A DNA stretch of 64,000 bases from an uncultured Gammaproteobacteria bacterium (GCA_905479295.1 CAJQLY010000002.1:7812-71811), one strand, 5' to 3'; shown: positions 42,372 through 52,117, counted from the stretch's first letter. Notes: a model not told the origin generated them from the letters alone. A program made the numbers and translations.

Positions 42372-43052
42372 TTGCCAAGTTATCTAAAAAAGCCAGAATG
42401 GCTTTGTTTCGATCTGGATGGCACGTTAGTCGATAGTGCGCCTGATATTGCGGTGGCGATGAATTATGCCTTACAGGAAATGGGCTTAGCATCAGCAACA
42501 TTGGCAGAGGTCCGTAACTTTATAGGTGATGGGGCTTATGTCTTGTTGCAGCGTGGTTTATCTCATGCTGGGGTCGAGCAGCCGAGTGAGGCTGATATGT
42601 TACAGGCTAGACGTTACTTTGATCTGGCCTATGGTGAGGGTATTGCAGAACATAGTATTTGTTACCCCGATTGTGAAACAGTACTGGCCTCATTTTCGGC
42701 GCAGGCGATACCGCTGGCCTTGGTCACTAATAAGCCACGCCAGTTTGTGCCGCCCTTACTGCAGCGGTTGGGTTTGTCTGATTATTTCTCAGTGCTGCTT
42801 TGTGGTGATGACCTAGCGCAAAAGAAGCCTCACCCTGCACCGATTCAATCGGCGGTGGCGCAAATGCAGAAGGAAGTCACTAGCGGCTATATGGTGGGGG
42901 ACTCGGTTACCGATATGGAAGCAGCATGGCGTGCCGGTGCGGGTGCAATTTATATGTCCTATGGCTATAATCGCGGCGTCTCAGTCGAACAATTTAATCC
43001 CATACGATTAAATCGGCTGGCGCAATTATTGAATTTATTTGAACGAGAGTAA
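42372..43052 (+). CDS. gph: Phosphoglycolate phosphatase
   Basis: FDLDGTLVDS, VTNKP, KKPHP, MVGDS; follows rpe. Confidence 0.92.
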   Translation: MPSYLKKPEWLCFDLDGTLVDSAPDIAVAMNYALQEMGLASATLAEVRNFIGDGAYVLLQRGLSHAGVEQPSEADMLQARRYFDLAYGEGIAEHSICYPDCETVLASFSAQAIPLALVTNKPRQFVPPLLQRLGLSDYFSVLLCGDDLAQKKPHPAPIQSAVAQMQKEVTSGYMVGDSVTDMEAAWRAGAGAIYMSYGYNRGVSVEQFNPIRLNRLAQLLNLFERE

Positions 43053-43055
43053 TGG

Positions 43056-43109
43056 ATGTTTCATCTTCCTATAAAAGATTGGCAGTTTGATCAGCGTTGG
43101 CGTGCGTAG
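43056..43109 (+). CDS. trpL: Putative trp leader peptide MFHLPIKDWQFDQRWRA
   Basis: 17 codons with two TGG, ends RWRA-stop, GAGAG upstream, directly before trpE. Confidence 0.7.
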   Translation: MFHLPIKDWQFDQRWRA

Positions 43110-43148
43110 CGTGTCTAGAACGCTGCTAGCGAGTGTCTGTCTTTTTTT
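43095..43148 (+). promoter_or_regulatory. Putative trp attenuator (alternative hairpins plus U7 tract)
   Basis: CGTTGGC/GCTAGCG and GTAGCGT/ACGCTGC pairings compete with CGCT/AGCG, which precedes T7 at 43142-43148. Confidence 0.55.
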
Positions 43149-43167
43149 AATTTGAATTTGAGTATCC

Positions 43168-44646
43168 ATGAAGCCATCAACTTTTTCTGAATTTTCCAAA
43201 CAGGGTTTTAGCCACATCCCCGTCGTGCGCGAGGTCGGTGCCGATCTCGATACCCCATTGAGTGCCTATCTCAAACTGGCCAACACGCCCTATAGTTTTC
43301 TATTTGAATCAGTCCATGGTGGTGAGCGCTGGGGCCGTTATTCTATTATCGGTTTGCAGTGTGATGAAGTTATATCGGTGCGTGGTGCAGAGATCACTAG
43401 GACACAACAAGGGCAGGTTGTTGAGCAGTTAGCACACGCTGACCCATTGAGCTGGATAGAAGATTATCGTCAGCAGTTTAAGGTGCCTGAGATTGATGGG
43501 TTACCACGTTTTATTGGTGGCTTGGTTGGTTACTTCGGCTATGAAACCATTCGGTACATAGAGCCTAGACTGGCTAAAGAACAAAAGCCTGATGCATTGA
43601 ATGCACCTGATATTTGTTTAATGACCAGTGGTGAGTTACTGGTTTTTGATAGTCTTAAGTCTTCAGTGTTTATTGTCTTATTAGTCTCAACAGAAGATCA
43701 AAATAACTTAGCCAAAGCACAGCTGCGGATTGATCAGCTAGCGGCTGCAATGCAGCAAAAAGTGTCTTTACCAGTATTAGACCTCAGTGATCAGCCAGCC
43801 AATGATCTTGATTTTGTTTCTGGCTTTAGCCAGCAGGGTTTTAAGACGGCAGTCGAACGTGCGCGAGATTATATTGCACAGGGTGATGCTATGCAGGTGG
43901 TGCTATCGCAGCGCCTCAGTGCACCCTTTAATGGTGAGCCTTTAGATGTGTATCGTCATCTGCGCCGATTGAACCCATCACCACATATGTATTACTTAGA
44001 CATGGGTGATTTTCAGATTGTTGGGTCATCGCCAGAAATCTTAGTGCGGCAAGAAGAACAGCAGGTGACTCTACGTCCGATCGCAGGCACGCGGCCACGT
44101 GGTGCTACTGAGGCGGAAGACTTGGCGTTAGAACAAGAATTACTCAGCGACCCAAAAGAATTGGCAGAACATTTAATGCTGATCGATCTGGGCCGTAATG
44201 ATGTTGGGCGTATTGCTAAGACAGGCACGGTTGAGCTGACTGATAAAATGATCATCGAGCGTTATTCACACGTGATGCATATCGTCTCAAACGTCACTGG
44301 TGAATTACTCGATGACTACTCCAGCATGGATGTGTTGCGAGCTACTTTCCCGGCAGGCACGGTTTCTGGTGCACCTAAAATTAGGGCGATGGAAATCATT
44401 GATGAGTTAGAGCCAATCAAGCGTGGTGTTTACTCCGGTGCAATTGGTTATCTCTCATGGTACGGCGACATGGATACCGCTATTGCGATTCGCACAGCGG
44501 TGATACAAGATCAAACGATCCATGTGCAGGCCGGTGCCGGTATTGTGTATGACTCAGTTGCAGAGAACGAATGGCAAGAAACGATGAATAAGGCGAAGGC
44601 CGTATTACGTGCCGCCGCGCTGGCCGATAAACCAGCCAAGCAATAG
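43168..44646 (+). CDS. trpE: Anthranilate synthase component I
   Basis: DLDTPLSAY, FESV.GGE..GRYS, NPSP, GSSPE, PIAGT, PAGTVSGAPK. Confidence 0.97.
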   Translation: MKPSTFSEFSKQGFSHIPVVREVGADLDTPLSAYLKLANTPYSFLFESVHGGERWGRYSIIGLQCDEVISVRGAEITRTQQGQVVEQLAHADPLSWIEDYRQQFKVPEIDGLPRFIGGLVGYFGYETIRYIEPRLAKEQKPDALNAPDICLMTSGELLVFDSLKSSVFIVLLVSTEDQNNLAKAQLRIDQLAAAMQQKVSLPVLDLSDQPANDLDFVSGFSQQGFKTAVERARDYIAQGDAMQVVLSQRLSAPFNGEPLDVYRHLRRLNPSPHMYYLDMGDFQIVGSSPEILVRQEEQQVTLRPIAGTRPRGATEAEDLALEQELLSDPKELAEHLMLIDLGRNDVGRIAKTGTVELTDKMIIERYSHVMHIVSNVTGELLDDYSSMDVLRATFPAGTVSGAPKIRAMEIIDELEPIKRGVYSGAIGYLSWYGDMDTAIAIRTAVIQDQTIHVQAGAGIVYDSVAENEWQETMNKAKAVLRAAALADKPAKQ

Positions 44647-44661
44647 CAGGAAAGTAAAACT

Positions 44662-45243
44662 ATGCTTTTGATGATCGATAACTATGATTCCTTTACCTAT
44701 AATCTGGTGCAGTATTTTGCTGAGCTAGGCGAGCAGGTGAAGGTTGTGCGTAACGATGCCATTGGTCTGCAAGAGATCACTCAAATGAAACCGGATCATA
44801 TTGTTTTATCACCCGGGCCTTGTACCCCAAATGAAGCGGGTATTTCGCTGCAGGTGGTTGAAGAATTTGCCGGTAAGATTCCATTACTGGGTGTCTGTCT
44901 TGGTCATCAAACGATAGGCCAGGCTTATGGTGGCAAGATTGTGCGTGCTAGTGACATCATGCATGGCAAGACTTCGCCAGTGCATCACCATGATCAACAT
45001 ATGTTTAAAGATTGTACTCAGCCATTCACTGCAACTCGTTACCACTCTTTAGTTATTGAGAAGGCAAGCCTGCCCGAGTGTTTGCAGGTCACTGCATGGA
45101 CTGAAACAGAAGATGGCCAGATTGATGAAATTATGGGTGTGCGACACAAAGAGTTGGCAGTGGAAGGGGTGCAGTTCCATCCAGAATCGATCCTCACAGA
45201 CTTTGGTCATCACGTACTAAAAAACTTTGTCGAACAAAATTAA
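44662..45243 (+). CDS. trpG: Anthranilate synthase component II (glutamine amidotransferase)
   Basis: [32 protein letters not shown]. Confidence 0.96.
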   Translation: MLLMIDNYDSFTYNLVQYFAELGEQVKVVRNDAIGLQEITQMKPDHIVLSPGPCTPNEAGISLQVVEEFAGKIPLLGVCLGHQTIGQAYGGKIVRASDIMHGKTSPVHHHDQHMFKDCTQPFTATRYHSLVIEKASLPECLQVTAWTETEDGQIDEIMGVRHKELAVEGVQFHPESILTDFGHHVLKNFVEQN

Positions 45244-45244
45244 T

Positions 45245-46267
45245 ATGAGTGTTATTCAACAACATCTAGGCCAGCTAATTATCGGACAAGACTTAACCTC
45301 GGTCGAGATGGAAGCAGCGATGGATAGCATCATGCAAGGTGAGGCGACACCGGCTCAAATCGCTGGTTTTATTGTTGCCTTACGGATGAAAGGTGAGACG
45401 GTCGATGAATTGGCTGCAGCGGCACGCGTCATGCGTAAGTTGTCGAGTAAGGTCGATTTAGGTCAGCAGGATTTAGTCGATACCTGTGGTACCGGTGGTG
45501 ATGGTCAAAAAACATTTAACATCTCAACTGCGTCGGCCATAGTCGCTGCCTCGGCTGGGGTTAAGATTGCCAAGCATGGCAATCGATCAGTCTCAAGTAA
45601 GACTGGTAGTGCCGACGTACTGGAAACCTTGGGTGTGCGTTTGGATGTTACCCCAGAAGTCATCGCTAACTGTGTGCGACAGGTCGGTATCGGTTTTATG
45701 TTTGCACCGATGCATCATAGTTGTATGAAGCATGCGATTGGGCCACGTAAAGAATTAGCCGTGCGTACCTTATTTAATCTGCTTGGGCCTTTAACTAATC
45801 CAGCAGGTGCAAAAAGACAAGTGATGGGCGTTTTTGATGATGTCTGGCTCGAGCCCTTAGCCAAGGTATTAGATAGTTTAGGTGGCGAGCATTGCCTGGT
45901 GGTGCATGCCGATGATGGCCTGGATGAGATTAGTATCTCAGCAGCAACACAAGTCTGTGAGCTAAATAATGGTCAGATCACGCGGTTCCAAATCCAACCA
46001 GAAGATTTTGGTTTGCAGCGCGCTGATGCCAGTGCAATTAGAGTAGAAAATGCGGCGCAAAGTGCGCAGATGATTCGCGCGATTTTTGCCGGTGAGCAGG
46101 GGCCAGCAGCCGATATTGTTAGCCTCAATGCAGGTGCGGCAATCTACATCGCGAAACAAGCACCTTCCTTATCGGCGGGCGTTGAAATAGCTGCAAGCCA
46201 GCTTCAGTCCGGGGCTGTCGCTAAAACCTTAGCCGCACTTATTGAATTTACGACAACCGCAGCATAA
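45245..46267 (+). CDS. trpD: Anthranilate phosphoribosyltransferase
   Basis: DTCGTGGDG, NIST, KHGNRS, GSAD, DGLDE. Confidence 0.97.
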   Translation: MSVIQQHLGQLIIGQDLTSVEMEAAMDSIMQGEATPAQIAGFIVALRMKGETVDELAAAARVMRKLSSKVDLGQQDLVDTCGTGGDGQKTFNISTASAIVAASAGVKIAKHGNRSVSSKTGSADVLETLGVRLDVTPEVIANCVRQVGIGFMFAPMHHSCMKHAIGPRKELAVRTLFNLLGPLTNPAGAKRQVMGVFDDVWLEPLAKVLDSLGGEHCLVVHADDGLDEISISAATQVCELNNGQITRFQIQPEDFGLQRADASAIRVENAAQSAQMIRAIFAGEQGPAADIVSLNAGAAIYIAKQAPSLSAGVEIAASQLQSGAVAKTLAALIEFTTTAA

Positions 46268-46284
46268 ACCAAGTCAGAGAAATT

Positions 46285-47103
46285 ATGAGCAACGAAGTAC
46301 CTGAAATTTTAGAGAAAATCCTTACTCACAAACGAGCCGAGGTAGAAGACAAAAAAAGTCGTGTCGCTGAATCGATGATGCAAGAGTGGGCGCAGGATAA
46401 CCGTGGTGACCAGCGACCATTTGAGCAAATGCTACGTGCGGCGATCAGTGCCGATAAGCCTGGTGTGATTGCTGAGATCAAACGGGCCTCACCTAGCCAA
46501 GGTATTTTACGCGAAAATTTTGACCCAATGTCGATTGCTAGTAGCTATCAATTTGGTGGTGCAACCTGTTTGTCAGTGTTGACTGATAGCGAGTTCTTTA
46601 AGGGTGGTGGTCCAGCACTGGAGTTTGCGCGTAAGTCATGTGGTCTACCGGTACTGCGTAAAGATTTTATTATCGATCCATATCAAATCTATGAGACTAA
46701 GGCACTGACTGCAGATTGTGTTTTATTGATTGTATCAGCGCTAACAGATGAAGCCTTAGCCTCTTTGTATGAGCTGGCAAAATCATTAAACTTGGATGTC
46801 TTAATTGAGGTGCATAACGAGCAAGAGATGCAGCGTGCTTTAGCCTTGAAGCCAACCTTGATCGGAGTGAATAATCGTAATCTACATACCTTTGAAGTCG
46901 ATCTAGATACGACTCTACGTTTGCGTGACATGGTGCCAGCTGAAGTTGCCTTAGTGACAGAAAGTGGTATTCACTCACTAGAGGATATCGCTAAGATGCG
47001 TGAGAACGATATTCATCTGTTCTTGGTTGGTGAAGCCTTTATGCGTGCTGAAGATCCAGGTCAGAAATTAAAGGAATTGTTTTTCCCTAAGCGTAGTTAC
47101 TAA
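46285..47103 (+). CDS. trpC: Indole-3-glycerol phosphate synthase
   Basis: IAEIKRASPS, SVLTD, LRKDFI, GVNNRNL, ESGI. Confidence 0.97.
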   Translation: MSNEVPEILEKILTHKRAEVEDKKSRVAESMMQEWAQDNRGDQRPFEQMLRAAISADKPGVIAEIKRASPSQGILRENFDPMSIASSYQFGGATCLSVLTDSEFFKGGGPALEFARKSCGLPVLRKDFIIDPYQIYETKALTADCVLLIVSALTDEALASLYELAKSLNLDVLIEVHNEQEMQRALALKPTLIGVNNRNLHTFEVDLDTTLRLRDMVPAEVALVTESGIHSLEDIAKMRENDIHLFLVGEAFMRAEDPGQKLKELFFPKRSY

Positions 47104-47146
47104 AGTGCTTGGGCGATAAAGGCATAGGTTAAAGGTTTAGGAAAGA

Positions 47147-47926
47147 ATGGATAAAGACTCGAAGATCAGTCTGTATGGGTTTAATAACCTGACCAAAACG
47201 CTGAGTTTCAATTTTTACGATATTTGTTACGCCAAAAATGAACGTCAGCGCACAGAGTATCTGGCCTATATTGATGAGACCTATAATAGTCAGAGACTAA
47301 CCGAGGTATTGCGGGAAGTAGCTAAGATTATTGGCGCTAACATTCTCAACATTGCGACTCAGGACTATGAGCCGAGTGGTTCTAGTGTGACCATGTTGAT
47401 CTCGGAAGAAGATGCTTATGATGTTGACGATCCCAACTGCCCTAGCGTGGTTGCACATTTAGATAAGAGTCATTTAACAGCACACACTTATCCCGAGTCA
47501 CATCCGGATGGTGGTATCAGTACCTTTCGTGCCGATCTGGATATTTCCACCTGTGGTCGCATCTCGCCGTTAAAGGCGCTCAACTTTTTAATCGATAGCT
47601 TTGATGAAGACATCGTCATTATGGATTATCGCATCCGTGGTTTTACCCGTGATGTGGAAGGTAAGAAGTTTTATAAAGACCACTCTATTTCATCGATTCA
47701 AGATTATTTATCAGAGCGTACACTGGCCCAGTATCAATTAATTGACGTCAATGTGTATCCGGAAAACTTCTTCCATACGAAAATGATGTTGAAGGATTTT
47801 TCCTTTGATAATTATCTCTTCGGCCAGGGATCGGGGGATATGAGTGCTGCTGAGATTGAGAAGGTCGAGAAGCGTCTAAAAAAAGAAATGACAGAGATTT
47901 TTTATGGCATGAATATGCCGGACTAA
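47147..47926 (+). CDS. speD: S-adenosylmethionine decarboxylase proenzyme (E. coli type)
   Basis: GFNNLTK, HLDK/SH self-cleavage site, HTYPE, STCG. Confidence 0.95.
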   Translation: MDKDSKISLYGFNNLTKTLSFNFYDICYAKNERQRTEYLAYIDETYNSQRLTEVLREVAKIIGANILNIATQDYEPSGSSVTMLISEEDAYDVDDPNCPSVVAHLDKSHLTAHTYPESHPDGGISTFRADLDISTCGRISPLKALNFLIDSFDEDIVIMDYRIRGFTRDVEGKKFYKDHSISSIQDYLSERTLAQYQLIDVNVYPENFFHTKMMLKDFSFDNYLFGQGSGDMSAAEIEKVEKRLKKEMTEIFYGMNMPD

Positions 47927-48585
47927 ATCCAATAGGCACCACTAGTCATACTTTTTGAGACCAGTGTCATGATTTTTTTGATTGGTTTAGGTAATTCCTG
48001 CGCACCGAGCTTTCTAGCCTCTTCGCCATGATGACGTTCGTCTTCACGCATTCGTTCTAAGATTGCCCGGCTACGATTGTCTTCCACTGGTAATTGGCCT
48101 AGATGATCATCCAGATGACGTTCGACCTGCGCCTCAGTTTCTGCAACAAATCCCAAACTCCAGCGATCACCAACCCAGCCTGCGCTGGCACCTAACAAGT
48201 AGGAAGAGGCATACCAAAAAGGGCTTAGGAGACTACGTGGGGACTTCAACTCAGCCAGACGGGTTTCACACCAAGCAAGATGATTGAGCTCTTCCTGTGC
48301 CGAGGTCTCCATCTGTTGTAACGTCTCTTGATTTTGAGCAGTCAGTGCTTGGCCGTGATAAAGCCCTTGGGCAGCAATTTCACCAGCATGGTTTACACGC
48401 ATCAGCCTAGCCGACTCAACACTTTCTTGCAGACTCAAATCATCTTCAATCATGTCCTGTGCTGGGTAGGGCGCTGAAATTGTTCTACGCTGTAAGGTGA
48501 CCACACGTAAGCCACGATCAAATTCTCGAATCAGACGGTCGGCGAGACTGAAGTGACGTAATCGTTTATTGGGTGTATTGCTCAT
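47923..48585 (-). CDS. coq7: Demethoxyubiquinone hydroxylase Coq7
   Basis: [37 protein letters not shown]. Confidence 0.95.
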   Translation of the reverse strand: MSNTPNKRLRHFSLADRLIREFDRGLRVVTLQRRTISAPYPAQDMIEDDLSLQESVESARLMRVNHAGEIAAQGLYHGQALTAQNQETLQQMETSAQEELNHLAWCETRLAELKSPRSLLSPFWYASSYLLGASAGWVGDRWSLGFVAETEAQVERHLDDHLGQLPVEDNRSRAILERMREDERHHGEEARKLGAQELPKPIKKIMTLVSKSMTSGAYWI

Positions 48586-48594
48586 AGCCAAATG

Positions 48595-49779
48595 TTAACT
48601 CAATTGTCGCGCTAATAATTCAATCGGATGCATGATCTCTACCTGTTGGTCCTGTGCACTCAAGGCCATACGTAACTGGCTGCTGCAGCCAACGTTCGCC
48701 GACAACACTAGGTCGGCCTCTGCCGCTGCGATGGTTTGGGCCTTACGTTGGGCTAATGCCTGGTTGCTAGTCTCTGGCGTTAATAATTGCACGCCGCCAG
48801 CACCACAGCAGTGCAGATTATCATTGAATTCATGTAAATCGAGCTGCGGTATCTTCGCCAATAACTGGTACATAGCCGCTACTGCAGCTGGGTTGGCATG
48901 CAGACTGCAAGGGATGTGCAGTAATACTTTTTTGTTTAGAGCACGCGGTTTTAGCGTTTTAAATTCGTCTTGTGCCAGTAACCATTGCTGAATATCCCAA
49001 TGCTTTAGTCCAGCTCTATCCAGCTGATCTAATTGATTGCCACAGCCACTGGCGATACTGACAACATCACGGCACGGCAGCGTGGCCCAGTGTTGGCGTA
49101 GTTGCTGTTGTTGCTGTTTGGCATAGTCAGGTAAGCCGGCATGCCGTGCTAGGGCGCTACAGCAATCGCTAGCGACGCTTAGGCGAGGTTTATACCCGAT
49201 GGCGCGGATAAGTAGCTGCGCGCTGTCTAAGGTGCGCTGATCCATTATGCGGCCACTGCAGCCCTGGAATAAGAGTACTGATCGGTCTGAAGGGGGGACT
49301 GAGGTCTTGATAGGCGCTATTTTTTTTGCTTTAGGGATACTGGCAGCGAGCCTAGCGAGCTGACTAAAGGCGGAATAACCTGAGCGATTTAGTCGTCGCG
49401 CCAAGGGTAAGCTAGTCTTGATTAGAGTTTGGCCAATACGGTTACTGAGGCCATGAATTAGCAGGGTCTGTAGCAGCCGTGGAATAGCAGGCAGGTGCTT
49501 GCGATAGGCGCTACGGCCAGCATCGATAATGCTCTCGAAATCGACCTTGGCTGGGCAAACCTGCTGACATTTTAGACAGGTGGTGCAGCTCTGTAGGTGT
49601 GTGTTTAGGGCGGGGCTAGGATCCAGTTGATCTTCTAAGAAGGCCTTGACCAGTGAAATACGCCCACGCGGTGATTCACCTTCATGTTGGCTGACGGCAT
49701 AGGTTGGGCAGTGAGGCAGGCAGAGGCCGCACATTACACAGTGCTCGGTGTTTCTTATACTGTCAGTAGGATGCGACAT
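48595..49779 (-). CDS. GlcF-like Fe-S oxidoreductase subunit (2x[4Fe-4S] plus CCG domains)
   Basis: CVMCGLCLPHCPTY, ESPRGRI, CTTCLKCQQVCP, CCGAGG, SANVGC. Confidence 0.88.
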   Translation of the reverse strand: MSHPTDSIRNTEHCVMCGLCLPHCPTYAVSQHEGESPRGRISLVKAFLEDQLDPSPALNTHLQSCTTCLKCQQVCPAKVDFESIIDAGRSAYRKHLPAIPRLLQTLLIHGLSNRIGQTLIKTSLPLARRLNRSGYSAFSQLARLAASIPKAKKIAPIKTSVPPSDRSVLLFQGCSGRIMDQRTLDSAQLLIRAIGYKPRLSVASDCCSALARHAGLPDYAKQQQQQLRQHWATLPCRDVVSIASGCGNQLDQLDRAGLKHWDIQQWLLAQDEFKTLKPRALNKKVLLHIPCSLHANPAAVAAMYQLLAKIPQLDLHEFNDNLHCCGAGGVQLLTPETSNQALAQRKAQTIAAAEADLVLSANVGCSSQLRMALSAQDQQVEIMHPIELLARQLS

Positions 49780-49846
49780 TGATGGGCTACAGCGGCTTAC
49801 ATTTCGTTTAAGGTTAACTATTCATTAGAGTTTAGGATTTATTGCC

Positions 49847-50152
49847 ATGAGTTACTACAAACGCCATATGTTTATTTGTACAAACCAACGTGAAGACAAG
49901 ATTTGCTGTCAGGATCACGACGCCGCCGAAAAGCGTAATGCGGTGAAAAAGATAGCTAAAGAGCTAGGTCTTAGTGGACAAGGCAAGATTCGCATCAATA
50001 CTGCGGGCTGTTTGGACCGTTGTTCTGAGGGGCCAGTGGCGGTGGTCTATCCGGATGAGACCTGGTATCGCTATGAAAGCGTGGCTGATCTCGAGGAAAT
50101 TGTACATCAACACCTTGATCAGGGTCAGCCGGTCGAGCGCCTGAAGATCTGA
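49847..50152 (+). CDS. Thioredoxin-like [2Fe-2S] ferredoxin
   Basis: H.FICTNQR...CC...AGCLDRC.EGP..VVYP..WY. Confidence 0.92.
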   Translation: MSYYKRHMFICTNQREDKICCQDHDAAEKRNAVKKIAKELGLSGQGKIRINTAGCLDRCSEGPVAVVYPDETWYRYESVADLEEIVHQHLDQGQPVERLKI

Positions 50153-50200
50153 TGGTCCTATAGTTTTTCAGGATGATTACTATTAATTGATTGATAAGGC

Positions 50201-50229
50201 TTGACAATTCTTGACCTATATTAGAAAAT
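50201..50229 (+). promoter_or_regulatory. Putative sigma70 promoter for the candidate sRNA
   Basis: TTGACA-17 bp-GAAAAT. Confidence 0.5.
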
Positions 50230-50232
50230 ATA

Positions 50233-50318
50233 AATATTCAAATATTCTTGAATATTGTTTTACTCCTCTTGTGGTATCCATTACGCGGTGGTCTTAATTA
50301 GGCCACCGCGTTTTTTTT
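50233..50318 (+). ncRNA. Candidate small regulatory RNA (~85 nt)
   Basis: No ORF; upstream promoter, 9-bp palindrome, single-stranded ACUCCUCUU, 12-bp GC terminator with U8. Confidence 0.5.
50283..50318 (+). terminator. Rho-independent terminator
   Basis: ACGCGGTGGTCT-TAATT-AGGCCACCGCGT followed by T8. Confidence 0.9.
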
Positions 50319-50351
50319 GCCTAAAAAGTAACCGCAAAGCGTTTAATTGGC

Positions 50352-50388
50352 TTGTTTAGCCTCAACTACTCTAGTAGTATTGCGCGCC
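50352..50388 (+). promoter_or_regulatory. rplM promoter with GC-rich discriminator
   Basis: TTGTTT-17 bp-TAGTAT-TGCGCGCC, typical of stringently controlled ribosomal-protein promoters. Confidence 0.65.
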
Positions 50389-50410
50389 TTTACAGAATTC
50401 TATTACCCGT

Positions 50411-50839
50411 ATGAAAACACTAAGCACAAAACCTGCTGATGTCATTCGCCAATGGTTTTTGGTCGATGCCACCGATAAAACATTAGGTCGTCTATCGACT
50501 GAGATTGCTCGTCGCCTACGCGGTAAGCATAAGCCAGAGTACACACCACACGTGGATACGGGCGATTACATTATTGTAGTTAACGCGGAAAAAATTCATG
50601 TTACCGGCAATAAATTGAACGACAAGATGTACTACCACCACACTGGTTACATCGGCAACATGAAGAAGACTAATCTTTCTGATTTATTGGAAGATCACCC
50701 AGAACGCGTCATCGAGACAGCGGTTAAGGGTATGTTGCCAAAGAATCCATTAGGTCGTGCTATGTTCTCCAAGCTTAAAGTTTATGCTGGACCAGAACAT
50801 AAGCATCAATCGCAGCAACCAGAAACTCTGGATATTTAA
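50411..50839 (+). CDS. rplM: 50S ribosomal protein L13
   Basis: [23 protein letters not shown]. Confidence 0.99.
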   Translation: MKTLSTKPADVIRQWFLVDATDKTLGRLSTEIARRLRGKHKPEYTPHVDTGDYIIVVNAEKIHVTGNKLNDKMYYHHTGYIGNMKKTNLSDLLEDHPERVIETAVKGMLPKNPLGRAMFSKLKVYAGPEHKHQSQQPETLDI

Positions 50840-50844
50840 ACAAT

Positions 50845-51237
50845 ATGGCTACTACACAATATTACGGTACTGGACGTCGCAAGAGTTCTTCTGCACGCGT
50901 CTACCTTAAGCCTGGCAAAGGCCAGATTGTTGTTAACTCACGTGAAGACAACGTGTATTTCGGTCGTGAAACTTCACGCCGTATTATTCGTCAACCGTTA
51001 GAAGCAACCGACACATTATCTCAGTTTGATATCAGCGTTAGCGTTAGCGGCGGTGGTTCAAACGGTCAAGCCGGCGCAATTCAGCTCGGTATCGCTCGTG
51101 CATTGTTAGTTTACAACGAAGAACTTCGTGGTGAACTGCGTAAGGGTGGTTTCTTAACCCGTGACGCACGTGAAGTTGAGCGTAAGAAAGTTGGCCTACG
51201 CAAAGCGCGTAAGAAAGAGCAGTACTCCAAGCGTTAA
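50845..51237 (+). CDS. rpsI: 30S ribosomal protein S9
   Basis: [30 protein letters not shown]. Confidence 0.99.
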   Translation: MATTQYYGTGRRKSSSARVYLKPGKGQIVVNSREDNVYFGRETSRRIIRQPLEATDTLSQFDISVSVSGGGSNGQAGAIQLGIARALLVYNEELRGELRKGGFLTRDAREVERKKVGLRKARKKEQYSKR

Positions 51238-51245
51238 TCTTTATG

Positions 51246-51276
51246 GTGCTTCGGACCAGCGGTCCGGAGCACTTTT
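51246..51276 (+). terminator. Terminator after rpsI
   Basis: GTGCTTCGGACC-AGC-GGTCCGGAGCAC-TTTT. Confidence 0.8.
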
Positions 51277-51357
51277 GTATTTCCTCTCGTTATTCCCTAA
51301 AAGCAGTCGTTTATTGGCTTATTAGTCGATACGTTTCGCTATCTATTTATCTTACGA

Positions 51358-52104
51358 TTAAGAATTCTTCAGTGTTTCTAATGCGGCAGCAGATGCCTGT
51401 TGTAAGAATAAACTATCAACACCGACTGTTAGTAGGCTAAAGCCTTGTTCTTTATACGGTGCAACGGCCTCTGCGCTGACACCAAAAATACCTAATGCCT
51501 TGCCGTGATCCATGCAGGCTTCACTAATCTGCTCGATGGCGTCAATAAATTCAGGATTTTCAAAGTCACCGACCTCGCCGAGGCTGGCAGATAGGTCATA
51601 AGGCCCAATAAGCACCGCATCAACCCCAGCACAACTGGCCATTGCATCGATATTACCGATTGCATCACGACTTTCGGCCTGAATAACGACAATAGTCTCG
51701 TCATTGGCTCGTGCTAGATAGTCTTGAAAATTTAAGCCGTAATCATGTGCTCGACCTAAGCCCACTCCACGTTGTCCTTGTGGTGGGTATTTACTCACAC
51801 GGACGATGTCCTGCGCTTCGGCTAAGCTTTCTACCTGCGGCACGATAATGCCAGCAGCACCGGCGTCCAAGGTTTTTTTAATGAAGCCTTCATCAAATCC
51901 GGGTACGCGGACTAAACAGGGGCAGTCGCCAGCAGCCTGAATCAGGCAAAAGACCTCATTTGGCCCAAGTGCACCATGTTCGGCATCGATAAACAGCCAA
52001 TCATAGCCAAGCTGCACCGTCATCTCGACCGCCTCAACACTTGCCATCGACATTAAGGTGCCATACAGCACTTCATTGTTGAGTAGTCGTTGTCGTAACG
52101 TCAT
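51358..52104 (-). CDS. HpcH/HpaI-family aldolase
   Basis: DWLFIDAEHG, LVRVP, LDAGA.GIIVPQV, YPPQG.RG, IGPYDLS. Confidence 0.9.
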   Translation of the reverse strand: MTLRQRLLNNEVLYGTLMSMASVEAVEMTVQLGYDWLFIDAEHGALGPNEVFCLIQAAGDCPCLVRVPGFDEGFIKKTLDAGAAGIIVPQVESLAEAQDIVRVSKYPPQGQRGVGLGRAHDYGLNFQDYLARANDETIVVIQAESRDAIGNIDAMASCAGVDAVLIGPYDLSASLGEVGDFENPEFIDAIEQISEACMDHGKALGIFGVSAEAVAPYKEQGFSLLTVGVDSLFLQQASAAALETLKNS

Positions 52105-52117
52105 AGTCGTTATCCTT

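Noticed and set aside
51238..51357. tRNA after rpsI
   Set aside because: Only a terminator hairpin; no cloverleaf, TTC loop motif or CCA end.
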